From: Candidatus Pelearchaeum maunauluense
GTDB lineage: Archaea; Thermoproteota; Nitrososphaeria_A; Caldarchaeales; Caldarchaeaceae
Assembly: GCA_030059675.1 (NCBI GenBank)
Contig: JANVYQ010000001.1
Span: forward strand, 1-64,000
Length of the DNA: 64,000 nt
Reading direction: 5' to 3'
In this document: piece by piece, positions 61,627-64,000 of the stretch
Layout of the letters: every line of letters starts with the position of its first letter
Numbering within the stretch: position 1 is the stretch's first letter
Notes under the pieces: generated by a model
Databases searched by the model: none
The model's input: the letters and a program-made list of their open reading frames with translations, nothing else
Told to the model about the DNA's origin: nothing
Translations under genes and position numbers: made by a program

Positions 61627-61721
61627 AAATCCGTTCCACTTTTTAGAAAAACATACCCAGCAATCCCACCCAGCAAGGCTAGGGATTAGGTTATAGCGTG
61701 GCTATTCTCGCATAGGCGGTA

Positions 61722-62621
61722 ATGGTCTGGAGAGTAGGAGTCATAGGTGCTGGAACAATCGGCAGAGAGCTTGGGAGGACTTTCCACACAGTAGGCTACG
61801 ACGTAACGTTCTACGACGTCAGCGAGGAAGTGAGCAACAAGCTTCAGAACAACGGCTTCAACGTGGCGCGAAGCCTAGACGAGCTCGTAGCAAGGACAGA
61901 CATCTCATTCATCTGCGTACCCACACCAACAAACGGAGGGAGATTTGACCAACGCCACGTGGAGGAAGCACTAGGTAGCATGATAGAAGTCTTCCGCCGA
62001 AACCCAACAGAACACTACCACGTAACAGTCGTCAAGAGCACAGTCCTCCCAGGCGTCGTTGATGAAATACTCAGGAGAAACCACTACTGGGAAGTGAGCA
62101 ACAAGCTTGGGATATGCATAAGCACTGAATTCGTACGCGGCAAGATAGCGTTCATAGACTTTTTCAGGCTCCCCTTCTTCGTCGTCTCAGGATACGACCC
62201 AGAAGCGGCATCAACCCTCCGCCGCTTCTATGAGGATTTCAAGGGCAGAAGCTTCGCCAACTTTGAGATATTTGAAACCACGCCAAACACAGCCTGCTTG
62301 GCGAAGTATGTCTCCAACTGCTTACTGAGCTGTAAGATTTCCTTCTTCAACGAGGTTGCCAAGCTATGCGAGGTCTTGGGAGTAAGCCCCTACGACATAG
62401 TAAAGCTGGCGCTGAGCGACAGGTATCCGATACATCACTGGTATTTGGAGGACTTTCTCAAAGGCGGATTCACGGATGAGTGCCTCCCAAAGGATTTGGA
62501 CGCTCTCCTATCGTTTGCGCGGGAGCTGGGGCTGGAGCTAAGTCTGCTGGAGAACGTGAAACGCATAAACGACTATAAAGTAGCCGCGACATGCCAGGAA
62601 GATGTTGAGGAAGCTGTATAA
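61722..62621 (+). CDS. UDP-glucose/GDP-mannose dehydrogenase-like protein lacking the C-terminal domain
   Basis: GAGTIG, ICVPTP, KSTVLPG, KYVSN, KISFFNE, ECLPKD. Confidence 0.78.
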   Translation: MVWRVGVIGAGTIGRELGRTFHTVGYDVTFYDVSEEVSNKLQNNGFNVARSLDELVARTDISFICVPTPTNGGRFDQRHVEEALGSMIEVFRRNPTEHYHVTVVKSTVLPGVVDEILRRNHYWEVSNKLGICISTEFVRGKIAFIDFFRLPFFVVSGYDPEAASTLRRFYEDFKGRSFANFEIFETTPNTACLAKYVSNCLLSCKISFFNEVAKLCEVLGVSPYDIVKLALSDRYPIHHWYLEDFLKGGFTDECLPKDLDALLSFARELGLELSLLENVKRINDYKVAATCQEDVEEAV

Positions 62622-62668
62622 AGAGCCAAACAAAATAAATATATTTATTATTTTACATTAATTCAAGC

Positions 62669-63235
62669 TTACCTACTAGCTAGAGCCACACGCTCCTGCT
62701 CCATCTTCTTCCTAACAGCAAAGCTCTTCGCATCATTCTCAGCAGCGAGGACTATCTCATCAGCGAGGCATTCATCGACAGTTTTCCTATTTCTGAATGA
62801 AGCCTCCCTAGCTGACAGCGCTATGTAGCGCAGCGCCAAATCAACCCTCCGCTGTGGGCTTATGTCAACGGCCTTGAAATACACTATACCACCATAGCTT
62901 AGGCGCGTAACATCCTCGCGGGGTGCTGCATTCTCAATAGCCCTAACTAGAACCTCAACAGGGTTCTTGCCAGTCCTCAGATGGACTATCTCAAGAGCGT
63001 TCTTAACTATCTTGAGAGCCTTGGTCTTCTTCCCACCGTTCTTTCCTGGCCGCATGAACATATTCGCAAGCCGCTCAACTATGTTTACCTCTGACTTCCC
63101 GAACCTGCGGTGCTCGTGCCTACCCCCTGAGTGGGGTATGAGCATGGGCTTCAAGCTGATGTAACGCTTAAGCCCCTCATCACGCACCTCTATATCCTCA
63201 ACACTCCACTTGCCGAATAGCTTGAAGTCCACCAT
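62669..63235 (-). CDS. rps7: 30S ribosomal protein S7 (archaeal)
   Basis: [31 protein letters not shown]. Confidence 0.97.
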   Translation of the reverse strand: MVDFKLFGKWSVEDIEVRDEGLKRYISLKPMLIPHSGGRHEHRRFGKSEVNIVERLANMFMRPGKNGGKKTKALKIVKNALEIVHLRTGKNPVEVLVRAIENAAPREDVTRLSYGGIVYFKAVDISPQRRVDLALRYIALSAREASFRNRKTVDECLADEIVLAAENDAKSFAVRKKMEQERVALASR

Positions 63236-63405
63236 GATTCTCCTCTAGCATCCACAGGCTGGAACAGCGACATAATAACCTTAGCTCACTCCCTTCACCA
63301 CATCAACTTCAATCTAACCCACCGAATCTTATGCCGAATCCGGCGAATGTCAATAATTTTTTGTTGAAAAGCGTAAATTATAAGTATAGGAGTATAGTTT
63401 AGCCG

Positions 63406-64000
63406 CTTGCCGATATAAGTAGTGAAGTAGGCAAGGAAAAGGAGTCTGACTATTTTGGTGATTTTGCCGTCGTAAGCGTGCCTTTACACGAGCGGCGAAC
63501 CCTAGTAAACCAGCTTATGGTATTCTTGGGAGTGCTTGCAGTTTGGGCTGCTGTATTTGCCGGCGCAGGCTTAGCTACATGGTTCGGCGCAATCGACATA
63601 ATAGTCGTATCAGTTATAGGCTGCATAATACTCGGCGTATTAGCATTCCTCACAGGGCTTATAGGAGGTAGAACACATGCATCAACCTACGTAATTCTAA
63701 GACACGCTATGGGGAGATTTGGCTCAATAGCAGGAGGCATAATAATCTCAGGCATCAGTGCGACACTATGGTTTGCTTTTGAAACATGGCTCTTCGGCGT
63801 CATAATGTCAGGAGCGTTTCCAGGCTTCCCGCTAACCGAGGTCGGGATAGCGGCAATATGGGGAGGAATACTGATGATGATTACTGCGGCCATAGGATAT
63901 AGAGGCATATCCGTACTGAGCTACTTCATCGTCCCAGCATGGTTCGTAATAATAACACTTGGACTAGCCGCAGCGATAGATGTTAACGGCGGTATGGACG
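63406..64000 (+). CDS. Cytosine/purine permease (NCS1, CodB-like), runs off the window
   Basis: Manual translation DFAVVSVPLHERR...IGGRTHASTYVILRHAMGRFGS; start codon uncertain. Confidence 0.8.

Noticed and set aside
63320-63350. Short CCGAATC direct repeat between rps7 and the permease
   Set aside because: Only two 7-bp copies; could be an operator but is indistinguishable from chance.
1-64000. Numerous 60-230 aa ORFs antisense to or nested in recognised genes (e.g. 43663-44328, 43997-44680, 54264-54809)
   Set aside because: Shadow frames of well-supported genes, with no motifs of their own.
1-64000. tRNA or rRNA genes
   Set aside because: No cloverleaf with a T-loop motif or rRNA-like stretch was seen in the intergenic regions by eye; a tRNAscan-SE/Infernal run would be needed to exclude them fully.

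Overview
Archaeal chromosomal DNA, probably from a thermophilic Thermoproteota lineage such as Caldarchaeales/Aigarchaeota. This is inferred from rps7, the A-type ATPase A/B subunits, frequent TTG/GTG starts and Thr-rich binding-protein linkers. Main contents: (1) a Sulfolobus-Csm-like type III-D CRISPR effector operon (Cas11, five Cas7-type RAMPs, a Cas5-type RAMP, Cas10 with intact HD and GGDD). It ends in an AT-rich uncharacterised 421-aa gene with a C-terminal PD-(D/E)XK-like domain, is bounded by CRISPR repeat remnants, and sits between truncated trpE and truncated trpB. (2) A highly structured leader upstream of trpA-trpB. (3) An AEP primase-polymerase fusion gene. (4) A decaying branched-chain ABC/acyl-CoA ligase locus. 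(5) Methylmalonyl-CoA mutase and a merA heavy-metal cluster. (6) A ~3 kb patchwork of defence fragments (attC-like hairpin, type IIG methyltransferase, 2-repeat CRISPR, cas3 and cas6 pieces) inserted into a hemerythrin gene whose halves rejoin in frame. (7) atpAB, a nucleobase/nucleoside catabolism cluster, thi4 and rps7. All calls come from motif reading by eye, with no database searches. Several abrupt junctions could be assembly artefacts and need read-level confirmation.
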